Source: Thermoanaerobaculia bacterium
GTDB lineage: Bacteria; Acidobacteriota; Thermoanaerobaculia; Multivoradales; Multivoraceae
Assembly: GCA_963664405.1 (NCBI GenBank)
Contig: OY761158.1
Location: 3,264,001 to 3,328,000, forward strand
Reading direction: 5' to 3'
DNA: 64,000 nucleotides
A model generated the notes under the pieces. The model had not been told where the DNA came from, ran no database searches, and worked only from the letters and a program-made list of their open reading frames with translations. The position numbers were made by a program, and so were the translations under genes. This document shows positions 50,761 to 59,535 of this stretch, piece by piece; position 1 is the first letter of the stretch, and every line of letters starts with the position of its first letter.

Positions 50761-52158
50761 TCATTCAGAGGCGACCGCCGGAACCGATCTCTCGGTGGTC
50801 AAGAACGAAAGCGCATCTGACGAAGACACCGGCCGCCCAGGATCGAGGGCCGCATCGTTGACAAGGAAGAATCCGGACGAGGAGAGGGAGTCCAGGCCCC
50901 CATGGGTACCCTCGAGGAGGCCGCCCTTGATCCTGGCGACGAGGTAAGCGGCTTTTCGTCCCCAGGCGTAGCCCGGTTCGATCGAGAACAGAACACTGGC
51001 GGCGTGCTTGACATAGGTTCCGGTGAGACTGTCGATGATGCGCTTGGGTGCGTTGGGATACGGGGCCTCGATGCTGTGGACGAGCCAGTCCTCGCTCTTG
51101 GCGAATCCGTCGTCGTCCAGCGCTCCAGTGGCCCGTAACCGTGACACTGCGGTTGATAGCGCCAGCGGGTCGCCGCCGGTCGGCTCGTAACTGTATCGGG
51201 GGCCGTCAGGAGTTTCTCGCCACCCAAGCCGTGCCGAGGCCTCTCCGGCCAACACGGTCACCTCCTGGCTGCCCGACACAAAGGCCGCCAGCTCCACATT
51301 CGGATGAGCGGCGATGCTCTCTGCGGCATCACGAGCTCGACGATCTTGCACATAGATTGCGCCGAAGTTGACGAGCCCGAAGGTCGGGGCGACCGCATCA
51401 TTCGGGCCCTCGAGACGGGAACGTAGGTTGAAGCCCGACCGGCGGAGCTGGCGCTTCAAGCCCTTGGCCCGCCGCACCTTCTCGTCGGTGTTGCCATGGT
51501 CGGACAACAGAACCAGGCGCAGGCATCGGCTCGTCTGCTGTCGGTACTGCTCCTGCAGGGCCTCGAGTCGCGGGTCGAGCTCGAGTAGAAAGCGGAGAGT
51601 GCTCTGGTAACCGTGGAGGTGAGTCAGACTGTCAGTGCGCGCGAGATAGACGACAAGGAAGTCCTGGTCGCTTGCCAGAACCGTTTCCTCCATCTGGGCT
51701 AGCTCGGCAAAGGCTAAACGGCGCGGGGTCAAATATCCCATGGCGTGCTTCCAGGAGCCTTGCCGCTCTTTCTCCACGACATCCCTCCAGGCGTAGGCGC
51801 GCTTCTTGGCCCCGAAGGGCAACTTGCCCACCATCCTGTTGCGATCGCGGTCGAAGTGCGGGATCTCGTAGCCGGCGACGGGACCGACATCCAGGGGCTG
51901 GAGAATGGCGGAGAAGCTCACATTGGTCATCGATGGAAAAGTGGCGACAAGTGGCCTCTGCGTCTGCCAGCCGTCGAAAGCGCCTTGCTCACGGGCCAGT
52001 CCAATAACGGAGTAGGGCACCCCATCCAGAGCCAGAACGACTGTCGTCTGATCCTCACTCGAGGAGTCGCAAGCCACCGCGGCATGGCCGGGCTGCGTCA
52101 CGCTCCAGATCACCACGATTCCGCAGGCTACGGAGCTCGGTGAGAGGCCGAGCCTCAC
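50761..52158 (-). CDS. Alkaline-phosphatase-superfamily (NPP/phosphodiesterase-like) enzyme, probably exported
   Basis: LALDGVPY, TFPSMT, DSLTH..G, LSDHG, THG; GTG start overlaps the PKS stop (GTGA). Confidence 0.78.
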   Translation of the reverse strand: MRLGLSPSSVACGIVVIWSVTQPGHAAVACDSSSEDQTTVVLALDGVPYSVIGLAREQGAFDGWQTQRPLVATFPSMTNVSFSAILQPLDVGPVAGYEIPHFDRDRNRMVGKLPFGAKKRAYAWRDVVEKERQGSWKHAMGYLTPRRLAFAELAQMEETVLASDQDFLVVYLARTDSLTHLHGYQSTLRFLLELDPRLEALQEQYRQQTSRCLRLVLLSDHGNTDEKVRRAKGLKRQLRRSGFNLRSRLEGPNDAVAPTFGLVNFGAIYVQDRRARDAAESIAAHPNVELAAFVSGSQEVTVLAGEASARLGWRETPDGPRYSYEPTGGDPLALSTAVSRLRATGALDDDGFAKSEDWLVHSIEAPYPNAPKRIIDSLTGTYVKHAASVLFSIEPGYAWGRKAAYLVARIKGGLLEGTHGGLDSLSSSGFFLVNDAALDPGRPVSSSDALSFLTTERSVPAVASE

Positions 52159-55100
52159 ACCTCTCCCCACCGTGCACGCTGGTACTCCGGTGTATCCGCG
52201 GCGGCACCGTACAGCTCGATTCCTCCCAGCTTCAGATCGCCGCTGCGTAACTCGACATGGGAACCGCTGAGGCGCATCGTCGAGGTATCGATACTCCGGA
52301 TCGTCGGCGACCAAAGTGTCACGGGGTCGTCTGCGCCGATCACCTCAGCGAGGCGGATGTGGACCGCCAGCAGAATGAAGTGAGAATCGAACGATTCGTG
52401 CTCCAGTGCGTGAGCACGGGCGGTGAGGAATTGTCGAGTCCACTCGACCAGCTGGGTCGCTGAAACATGATCCACATCACTATCGCGAAGGGCGTGCTCC
52501 GGAGTCGGTAGGAGGGCCGTTGCAGCGACGCCTTCGTCCGACACCACCGGCTCCGAGATCAATACGTTCTCGCTCCGCTGCTTGTGAACCAAGCGGCGGC
52601 TTGCCGCTCGCTGCGGCCCCGGCATCCGCTCGTGGCCGCCGACGAGATCGACAGGGCGCATAAGGCCTTCGAAGGTTGCACACCGCTGACTCCCGCCGAT
52701 GGAGCCGCGCACACGCCACCGCTCGGATTCGCGGGTCAAGCCCTCTGAAGTGATCTTGAGGGGCGTATCCAGATCTCCCCAGCTCTCGAAACGGATTCTG
52801 AGCTCCTCCAGTTGCAGCCGGCGGCGTAGCGACTCGCCGCCGAGAGCCATAGCGAGCCACTCGCTGAGCTGCTGAACGGCCTCGACAAAGAGCAAGCCTG
52901 GTACGTGATCGTAGGGATGATCGAAATAGAAAGGGTGCGTCTGGTCGACAACGATTCGCGCTTCGAGCTTTCCGTCGTTGTTGACGATCTGTTCGAGCAC
53001 CCGATTGCGCGGGTCCCTACGTAATTGCAGCACTCCTGTGGGCGCTACCAGGATTTCGATGGGCGCCCCTTCCTGCCCGGGGCCTACAGTTGACTCGTTG
53101 GCGGCCAGACCCACCGCAGTCGCGCCTTCTGCACTCAGATGCGGTCTTAGCGTCTCGACGATGTCGCCAACCGTGCTCACCTCCGCCCAATCCAGCTCCT
53201 GCTCCTCCAGCGCCGGAACGTCCTCCCCCAGAGCGAGGACCAGCTCGACCAACCCGATCGAAGAGAGGCCGAGACCGCGAACTTGGGTCTCGAGCGAGAG
53301 CTCCGAGGCCAGGTGGCCGGTGATCGCTGCGAGTCGCGCCACTACGATGGCGTGCGCCGGATCTGAGGGCGTAGGGAGTGCTTCTGGGGCCGTCGCCGCG
53401 GATATGGGCTCGACGAGGGCTCGCGGCTTGGTGGCCTCACCTTTGAGCCAGTACGGCCGGCGCTGGAACGGGTACCTTGGCAGGGTGCTGACACGACGCG
53501 TAGGCGCGCCGAAGAACTGACTCCAATCGGGTGTGGCACCAAGCTCGAAAAGACCTCCGAGCGTGCTGACCATTCGTCTCGAATCGGACGTCCCTGGTCG
53601 CAGACTGGCAAATCCCTTGGTGTCGGGCCCCAGGCACCCTCGGGCCAGAGAGAGCAGGACCGGCGTGCTGCCCACCTCGAGCAGGGCGTCGTAACCCTCC
53701 TCGGCCAGGGCAGCCATACATTCGGCAAAGCGCACTGTAGAGCGGGCTTGGGTGAGCCAGTACGAGGGAGACGAGAGCTCCTCCGTCGCTCGCTTACCTG
53801 TGACGTTGGAGAAGAAAGGCACCGACGGGCTAGTGCAGGCGAGGTCTCGAATGCCACGCTCGAGCTTCGGTAGCACAGGGTCGAGAAGCGCTGAGTGGAA
53901 GGCTCGCCTCACCGGCAGCCGCTTACCGGAAACACCTATCTCTCGCAGGCGCTCGTCCAGCCGATCGAGAGATGTGCTGCGGCCGGTGAACACCGTCTGC
54001 AGCGGCGAATTGACGGCTGCCACCTCCACCTCGGGGGCCACCTCTTCGAGCAGAGCGAGAGCCCTCTCTTCGCTCATCTCGACCGCCAACATCGACCCCT
54101 CGGCGGAGCTTTCCTGCATCACTCGTCCGCGCAGCGCTACGAGTCTGAGCGCGGCGTCCAGGTCGAGGGCGCCGGCGACGCAGGCAGCAACGATCTCGCC
54201 GACGCTGTGACCAAGAACCGCCGCCGGGGTGATACCCCACGCCTTCCACAGCTGAGCCAGCCCATACTCGAGTGCGAAGATCGCCGGTTGGGAGTAAACG
54301 GTCTCGTCGAGAGTCGCCGAATCCGTGCCGAACATGACCTCCAACAGAGGGCGATCGAGCTCGCGGTCGAGAACCTCGGCGCAGCGTTGTACGCTTTGAC
54401 GAAAGAGCGGCTCACGGTCGAATAGCTCCGACCCCATGCCGGTGTATTGAGAGCCCTGACCGGTGAAGAGGAAGGCAATCCTGAGCCCACTTCGGGATGC
54501 CGGCCGTGCCTCAGCGTTCCACTCCGAGAGCGCCCGCTGCACTTCTTCGGTCGACTCCGCAACGATCGCGGCGCGGTAAGGAAGGGCTTCCCGTTGCGTG
54601 GCGGCAGCGTTGCAGAGGGCGCCTAGCTCGCTTTCGTCCGTTTGTTCCAAGAGGCTGGCGTATCTCGTGCACAGTTGCCGCAATGCGGTCGGGGTCTCGG
54701 CTGCAAGCGCCAGCAGCGGCTGAAGCGCAGTGGCCGGTGGGCCGGTGGCCGGTTCCGCGGCGACCGATTCGAGGACGATGTGGGCGTTGGTTCCGCCGAT
54801 TCCGAACGAGCTCACGCCCGCCACCTGTGATTCGCCGTTGTTCGTTTCCCAGGGCTCAAAGCGGGTCTGTACCGCCAGGTTGAGTCGCTCGAAGGGGATG
54901 TAGGGGTTGGCGTTGTGGAAGCCGAGGCTGGGAACGAAGGAGCGGTGGTGCATCATCAAACAGCACTTGACCACGCCGGTGACTCCCGCGGCCGACTCGA
55001 GATGGCCGACGTTGGTCTTCGAAGAACCGACACGGCAGGGCGCCTCGGGCGGGCGGCCTCGGCCCACCGTCCGACCCAACGCCTTCGCTTCGATCGGGTC

Positions 55101-56036
55101 ACCGAGGAGAGTCCCGGTGCCGTGTGCCTCGACGTAGTCAACGCGGCTAGGTTCGACGCCGGCCCGCTGGTAGGCCTGGCCGAGAACCATTTCCTGTGCC
55201 CGGCCGTTCGGTGCCATCAATCCGTTACTGGGTCCGTCCTGGTTGACGGCGCTTCCGCGAATCACCGCGTAGATCCGGTCGCCATCGCACTGGGCCGCCG
55301 CCAGCGGGCGTAGGACCAGCATCGCTGCGCCCTCGCCGCGCACATAGCCGTTGGCGCTGGCGTCAAAAGTCTTGCAGCGACCGTCTGGCGACAAGACCCC
55401 TGCCTCGGCGAGGCTCGCCGAGCTCAGGCTGTCGAGAAGCAGGCTCACGCCGCCGGCGAGCGCGAGATCGGTATCGCCGCGCGCGAGCCCCTCGCATGCG
55501 AGGTGGATGGCTACCAGCGATGACGAGCAGGCGGTGTCCACCGCAAGGCTCGGACCGTGGACACCGAGAAAATAGGACAAGCGATTGGCCGCGATGCTGC
55601 ACAGAGCTCCGGTGAGCTGTACTGCGTCCCTCTGGCCGGGTGACGCCGCGCTCTGCAAGGCGTAGCCGCTGCCCGAGATGCCGATGTAGACCCCCGCGGC
55701 GCTCCGCCGGAGGGCGGAAGGCACGATGCCGCTGTCCTCCAGAGCGTGCCATGCGAGCTCCAGAAGGAGTCGCTGTTGGGGGTCCATGTAATCTGCCTCG
55801 CGGGGTGAGATGCGAAAGAACGGTGCGTCGAACTCTGCGATGTCGTTCAACAGCGCCGCGTGCCCCAGATCCCTCACTCGTTCCCGGTCCCAGTCACCGA
55901 GGGCCGACACGTCGGTGACACCATGTCGTCCTTCCCTCAACAGATCCCAGAAGGCGTCGAGGTCAGGGGCGCCCGGCAATCGGCACGCCATACCGACGAT
56001 GGCTACACTCTCGTCAGGCTGTGCTTTCGAGCTCAT
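52155..56036 (-). CDS. Monomodular type I PKS: KS-AT-ACP fused to two AfsA-like hotdog domains
   Basis: KS DTACSSS, HGTGT, GHLE; AT GHSVG and AFHS; ACP LGLSS; AfsA-like HPFYFDHPYDHVPGLLFVEAVQQ and LVHKQRSENVLIS..DHVSATQLVEWTRQ; no KR, DH, ER or TE motifs seen. Confidence 0.88.
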   Translation of the reverse strand: MSSKAQPDESVAIVGMACRLPGAPDLDAFWDLLREGRHGVTDVSALGDWDRERVRDLGHAALLNDIAEFDAPFFRISPREADYMDPQQRLLLELAWHALEDSGIVPSALRRSAAGVYIGISGSGYALQSAASPGQRDAVQLTGALCSIAANRLSYFLGVHGPSLAVDTACSSSLVAIHLACEGLARGDTDLALAGGVSLLLDSLSSASLAEAGVLSPDGRCKTFDASANGYVRGEGAAMLVLRPLAAAQCDGDRIYAVIRGSAVNQDGPSNGLMAPNGRAQEMVLGQAYQRAGVEPSRVDYVEAHGTGTLLGDPIEAKALGRTVGRGRPPEAPCRVGSSKTNVGHLESAAGVTGVVKCCLMMHHRSFVPSLGFHNANPYIPFERLNLAVQTRFEPWETNNGESQVAGVSSFGIGGTNAHIVLESVAAEPATGPPATALQPLLALAAETPTALRQLCTRYASLLEQTDESELGALCNAAATQREALPYRAAIVAESTEEVQRALSEWNAEARPASRSGLRIAFLFTGQGSQYTGMGSELFDREPLFRQSVQRCAEVLDRELDRPLLEVMFGTDSATLDETVYSQPAIFALEYGLAQLWKAWGITPAAVLGHSVGEIVAACVAGALDLDAALRLVALRGRVMQESSAEGSMLAVEMSEERALALLEEVAPEVEVAAVNSPLQTVFTGRSTSLDRLDERLREIGVSGKRLPVRRAFHSALLDPVLPKLERGIRDLACTSPSVPFFSNVTGKRATEELSSPSYWLTQARSTVRFAECMAALAEEGYDALLEVGSTPVLLSLARGCLGPDTKGFASLRPGTSDSRRMVSTLGGLFELGATPDWSQFFGAPTRRVSTLPRYPFQRRPYWLKGEATKPRALVEPISAATAPEALPTPSDPAHAIVVARLAAITGHLASELSLETQVRGLGLSSIGLVELVLALGEDVPALEEQELDWAEVSTVGDIVETLRPHLSAEGATAVGLAANESTVGPGQEGAPIEILVAPTGVLQLRRDPRNRVLEQIVNNDGKLEARIVVDQTHPFYFDHPYDHVPGLLFVEAVQQLSEWLAMALGGESLRRRLQLEELRIRFESWGDLDTPLKITSEGLTRESERWRVRGSIGGSQRCATFEGLMRPVDLVGGHERMPGPQRAASRRLVHKQRSENVLISEPVVSDEGVAATALLPTPEHALRDSDVDHVSATQLVEWTRQFLTARAHALEHESFDSHFILLAVHIRLAEVIGADDPVTLWSPTIRSIDTSTMRLSGSHVELRSGDLKLGGIELYGAAADTPEYQRARWGEV

Positions 56037-56274
56037 CCTTGAGGAATCGGGCCAGCTCGTCGATGCTGGGATAGTCGAAGAACATCGTGGGCTCCAGCTC
56101 GACCTCCAGCCAGTCCTCGAGATCCGCTGTTATGGCGATCGCAGCGAGCGAGTCCAAGCCGTAGTCGGCGAGAGGGCGATCGGCATCCAACGGCGTTTCG
56201 ACGCCGAGCCTCTCGCGTAGTCTTGCGAGCAGCCAGGCCCGGATACTGTCCGTGGTTGGCGCCGGCGAGCTCAC
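56014..56274 (-). CDS. Acyl carrier protein
   Basis: YGLDSLAAI, LEDWL, FDYPSIDELA. Confidence 0.92.
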   Translation of the reverse strand: MSSPAPTTDSIRAWLLARLRERLGVETPLDADRPLADYGLDSLAAIAITADLEDWLEVELEPTMFFDYPSIDELARFLKDELESTA

Positions 56275-58133
56275 GTGACCTCGCCGAGCTCTCCGGATTG
56301 AAAACGTTGCCTGGCAATGTAGCGTTGAGGCTTGCCGCTCGGGGTCTTCGTCAAGGCGCCGGCGTCCAGAGCCACCAGAGTGTGGACGTTCAGGCCATGC
56401 TGGGCGAGGACGGCATGGCGGATCTGGGAGCTCACGCTCGGCCGCTCTTCCGGAGGCACATCGCGCATCTCGACACCGATGACCAGCCGCTCCCCGTCAT
56501 CTGCGTCCACCGAGAAGGCGACGATTCGGTCCGCCCGCAGGGGGGCGTGGGTACTTGCGACTGTCTGCTCGATGTCTTGAGGGTGATGGTTGGCACCGCT
56601 GAAGACCATTAGGTCCTTGTAGCGGCCGGTGACGAAGACCTCCTGGTCGTAGATGACTCCGGTATCGCCGGTGCGCAGAAAAAACGCTCCGGGGATCTGC
56701 CCAAGCCGCGCCCCGAAGGTTGCTGCCGAGCTCTCTGCGTGCCCGAAGTACCCCTCTGCTACATGAGAGCTGGCTACCCAGATCTCGCCTACGCCCCCCT
56801 CCGGGCAGGTTTCGAGCGATTCGGGATCCACGATCCGGAGAATCGCATCACCGACTGGAGAGCCGCAGCTAACCAAGGGGACCGCCCCTGCGGATCCCTC
56901 GTTGACCGCCACCGCCTTGCCGTGGCGCAGCCCCTCGCGGTCGAAACACCGAGAGCGAAGGCCTCGGCGCCCTGTGACGATGAGCGTCGACTCGGCCAGC
57001 CCGTAGCAGGGGAAGATTGCCTCGGGGTTCAGACCACAAGGTTCGAAGGCATCGATAAATCGGCGCACTGTGTCGGCTCGGACTGGCTCTCCGCCCACGA
57101 CAACGATTCGCAGGCTGCTGAGATCGAGATTGCGGCGTGAGTCTTCCGTGGTTTTGGCGACGCAGAGCTCGAGGGCGAAGTTAGGGACCGCGGTGAGCGT
57201 TGCCTGGTTTTCAGAAATGGCCCTGAGCCATGTCAATGGGCGCTTGAGAAAGGTCATCGGCGAGAGTTGGACCTGGGACGAGCCGCTCAGGATCTGGAAA
57301 AGCATGCAACCGATCAAGCCCATGTCGTGCGTTGCGGGCAGCCAACTGACGCAGATCTCGCGCTGCGGTCGGAGCTCGCCCAGGTCGTTTATTGCGGTAG
57401 CGTTGCTAGTCAAATGCTTCTGGGCAACGGCAACGCCCTTGGGGTCCGATGTCGAGCCGGATGTGTATTGGAGCAGGCTCAAGGCATCGGGCTCCCAGAC
57501 TGGTTGCTGCCAGGCTTCGGCCAGGCTGTCGTCGATCTCGTCGACTGCGATCCAACGTGCTACCGCCAGCGCTGGAACTTGCTCAGTCATATCGGTGGCA
57601 TGGTCGGCAAGCTCGGAGGTGGTCAGCAGTGTCGACGCGTCGGCATCTTTGGCGATGAGGGCAAAGCGTTGCAGGGCGCCGAGCACACGCTTCTGGGCCC
57701 GTCGTGCCGATGTGCGACGGCCGAAGCGCATCCCGGCAGGCGGCTGGACAGGTACTGCCACCATGGCAGCGTACTGGCAACCCATGAAGGCGGCGAGGAA
57801 CTCTATGCCCGGCTTGAACAGTAGGACGATACGGGCACCGGGCGACTCCTCCCGCTGTAGACGGGCCGCGATGGCGCGGGCGCGCTGATCCAGATCGCTG
57901 AACGTGTAGCTGTCACGGACCTCGAGACTGTCGGTGAGAAAGGTCACCGCAACTCGATCCCCGCACTCCGCGGCATACCGCCGAAGAGCGAACGGCAGCA
58001 GATCCTGACCGTCTTCGCGGTGTGGTAGCGGTTGGCTCTTAGGCTTAGACTCCGTCAGCCCTTCGCGTCCCCTCCCGGCGGCGCCGGGTCCGTGGCTAGT
58101 GTTTCGAGGCGTGGCGAATCCTAGCAGGATCAA
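56271..58133 (-). CDS. Fatty acyl-AMP ligase (FAAL); start uncertain
   Basis: LQYTSGSTSDPKGV, SWLPATHDMGLIG, PCYGLAE, LRTGD, TGRYKDL, KTPSGK.QR. Confidence 0.92.
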   Translation of the reverse strand: MILLGFATPRNTSHGPGAAGRGREGLTESKPKSQPLPHREDGQDLLPFALRRYAAECGDRVAVTFLTDSLEVRDSYTFSDLDQRARAIAARLQREESPGARIVLLFKPGIEFLAAFMGCQYAAMVAVPVQPPAGMRFGRRTSARRAQKRVLGALQRFALIAKDADASTLLTTSELADHATDMTEQVPALAVARWIAVDEIDDSLAEAWQQPVWEPDALSLLQYTSGSTSDPKGVAVAQKHLTSNATAINDLGELRPQREICVSWLPATHDMGLIGCMLFQILSGSSQVQLSPMTFLKRPLTWLRAISENQATLTAVPNFALELCVAKTTEDSRRNLDLSSLRIVVVGGEPVRADTVRRFIDAFEPCGLNPEAIFPCYGLAESTLIVTGRRGLRSRCFDREGLRHGKAVAVNEGSAGAVPLVSCGSPVGDAILRIVDPESLETCPEGGVGEIWVASSHVAEGYFGHAESSAATFGARLGQIPGAFFLRTGDTGVIYDQEVFVTGRYKDLMVFSGANHHPQDIEQTVASTHAPLRADRIVAFSVDADDGERLVIGVEMRDVPPEERPSVSSQIRHAVLAQHGLNVHTLVALDAGALTKTPSGKPQRYIARQRFQSGELGEVT

Positions 58134-58154
58134 AACCGGTTGCCCAGCGTCGGC

Positions 58155-58319
58155 CTAGACCAGCGTTTCCAAAGTTCGTGTACATAGCTCGAGGTCATTC
58201 TGTTCGCTGGCCAGGCGCGCCGACGCAGGCATATTGGGCAATATGTCGAGGAGGCGAAACGCCGTCAGCGGACAGAAGGGGCCGAGATATGTGCGCGAAC
58301 TTTGGAAACGCTGGTCTAG
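58155..58319 (+). mobile_element. Palindromic MITE-like element, type A, complete, with CTAG duplication
   Basis: CTAG-ACCAGCGTTTCCAAAGTTCG ... CGAACTTTGGAAACGCTGGT-CTAG. Confidence 0.92.
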
Positions 58320-58574
58320 GGCCTCTGAGCACAAGAACCGCCAGTGTCGTTGCAGGTCGTTTTGCCATCTCTGCCCTCTCCTCTTCGGGCTATAGGCTGC
58401 CGATGCCACTACACTTCAACATTCGGAGCTTCTCTCTATCGACTGCGGTTTCGCACTTTACCGTTGTCAGATATTGGGGTGGGGTTCAGTTGTTATTAGC
58501 TATATGACAATATATAGAGTCGGCTGTTTTTCTCACGCTGCGGGAAGCAAGGTTGCGAAAGTGAAGGAGAGCTC

Positions 58575-59024
58575 ATGAAGAAGGCTCGGCCGTTGATGTT
58601 GCTGGCGGCTGCCGCGATTCTGCTTGCAGGAGGGCACCTATCGCTTGTCCAGCCCGACGGTGCCTCGTCAGACACGCCTCATGAGCTGACCCTGGCTCCG
58701 GGTGAGCAAGGTTTGCGGGCATATATCGACCCCGTTACCGGCCAATTCACCGCTCCGCCGCCGGGTGTGAGCAGAAGCCTTGCCGACCCGGAGCGCCGGA
58801 TGCTCAATCGTTCCGATGTCGGTCTACAGAGTCGCACTTTAGCGGACGGTACTGTCATCCTAGATCTCGAGGGACGCTTCATGAGTCTAGCGGTGGCGAC
58901 CCTCGGCACCGCCGAAGGCGTGTCGGTGGATTGCGTCCAGGACTCGGCTCGAGCCGAGGCTTGTCTCACCGATCAGACGGAGGGTCGCAGCGAGGCAGGA
59001 GAACACGGCCGAGATGTCCGATAG
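58575..59024 (+). CDS. Secreted hypothetical protein (post-PEP-CTERM-1-like / propeptide-like)
   Basis: AAGGAG RBS, signal peptide, LRAYIDPVTG and DGTVILDLEGRFMS motifs. Confidence 0.6.
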   Translation: MKKARPLMLLAAAAILLAGGHLSLVQPDGASSDTPHELTLAPGEQGLRAYIDPVTGQFTAPPPGVSRSLADPERRMLNRSDVGLQSRTLADGTVILDLEGRFMSLAVATLGTAEGVSVDCVQDSARAEACLTDQTEGRSEAGEHGRDVR

Positions 59025-59526
59025 CTCCCCAGCTCGTCGAAGAGCTCCCCTTTTTGTTGGCCTGTTGGCGCTCTTGGGGGTTCTCTCCTCTCAAGCGGCG
59101 ACGCTGACGATCGTGAACTCGGATGGCCCGGGCGAAGGGTTCAACGACGCTAGTGCGGTTACGCCGGTGGGTGGAAACACCGGGACGACTCTGGGTCAGC
59201 AACGCCTGATCGCCTTTCAGGCCGCCGCCGACATCTGGGGGGCAGTGCTCGAGAGCGTGGTAGAGATCCGGATTCAAGCGAGCTTCGACCCCTTGAGCTG
59301 CAGCCCCAGCTCGGCCATTCTCGGTTCGGCTGTAGCCCTTCAGATCGTCAGAGACTTTCCCGGCGCCCCCTTCGCCGGTACCTGGTACCACGTCGCGCTG
59401 GGCAATGCACTTGCGGGGGTTGACCTATCCATCGGCGACGACATCCGGGCGATCTTCAATAGCGCTATCGACAACAACAACAATTGCCTGGCGGGGCCAA
59501 TTAGTACCTCGGTCTCGACCACCTAG
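59014..59526 (+). pseudogene. N-terminal fragment of a secreted zinc-peptidase/PA-domain-type protein
   Basis: DGPGEGFND, PVGGNTGTTLGQQRL, AADIWG; then an apparent frameshift and TAG (N*YLGLDH), and truncation at a CTAG. Confidence 0.65.
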
Positions 59527-59535
59527 GAATCTCCT

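Noticed and set aside
52155-53050. PKS C-terminus as an ordinary dehydratase or thioesterase
   Set aside because: No DH HxxxGxxxxP or TE GxSxG motif; the motifs fit AfsA-like hotdogs better, pending an HMM check.
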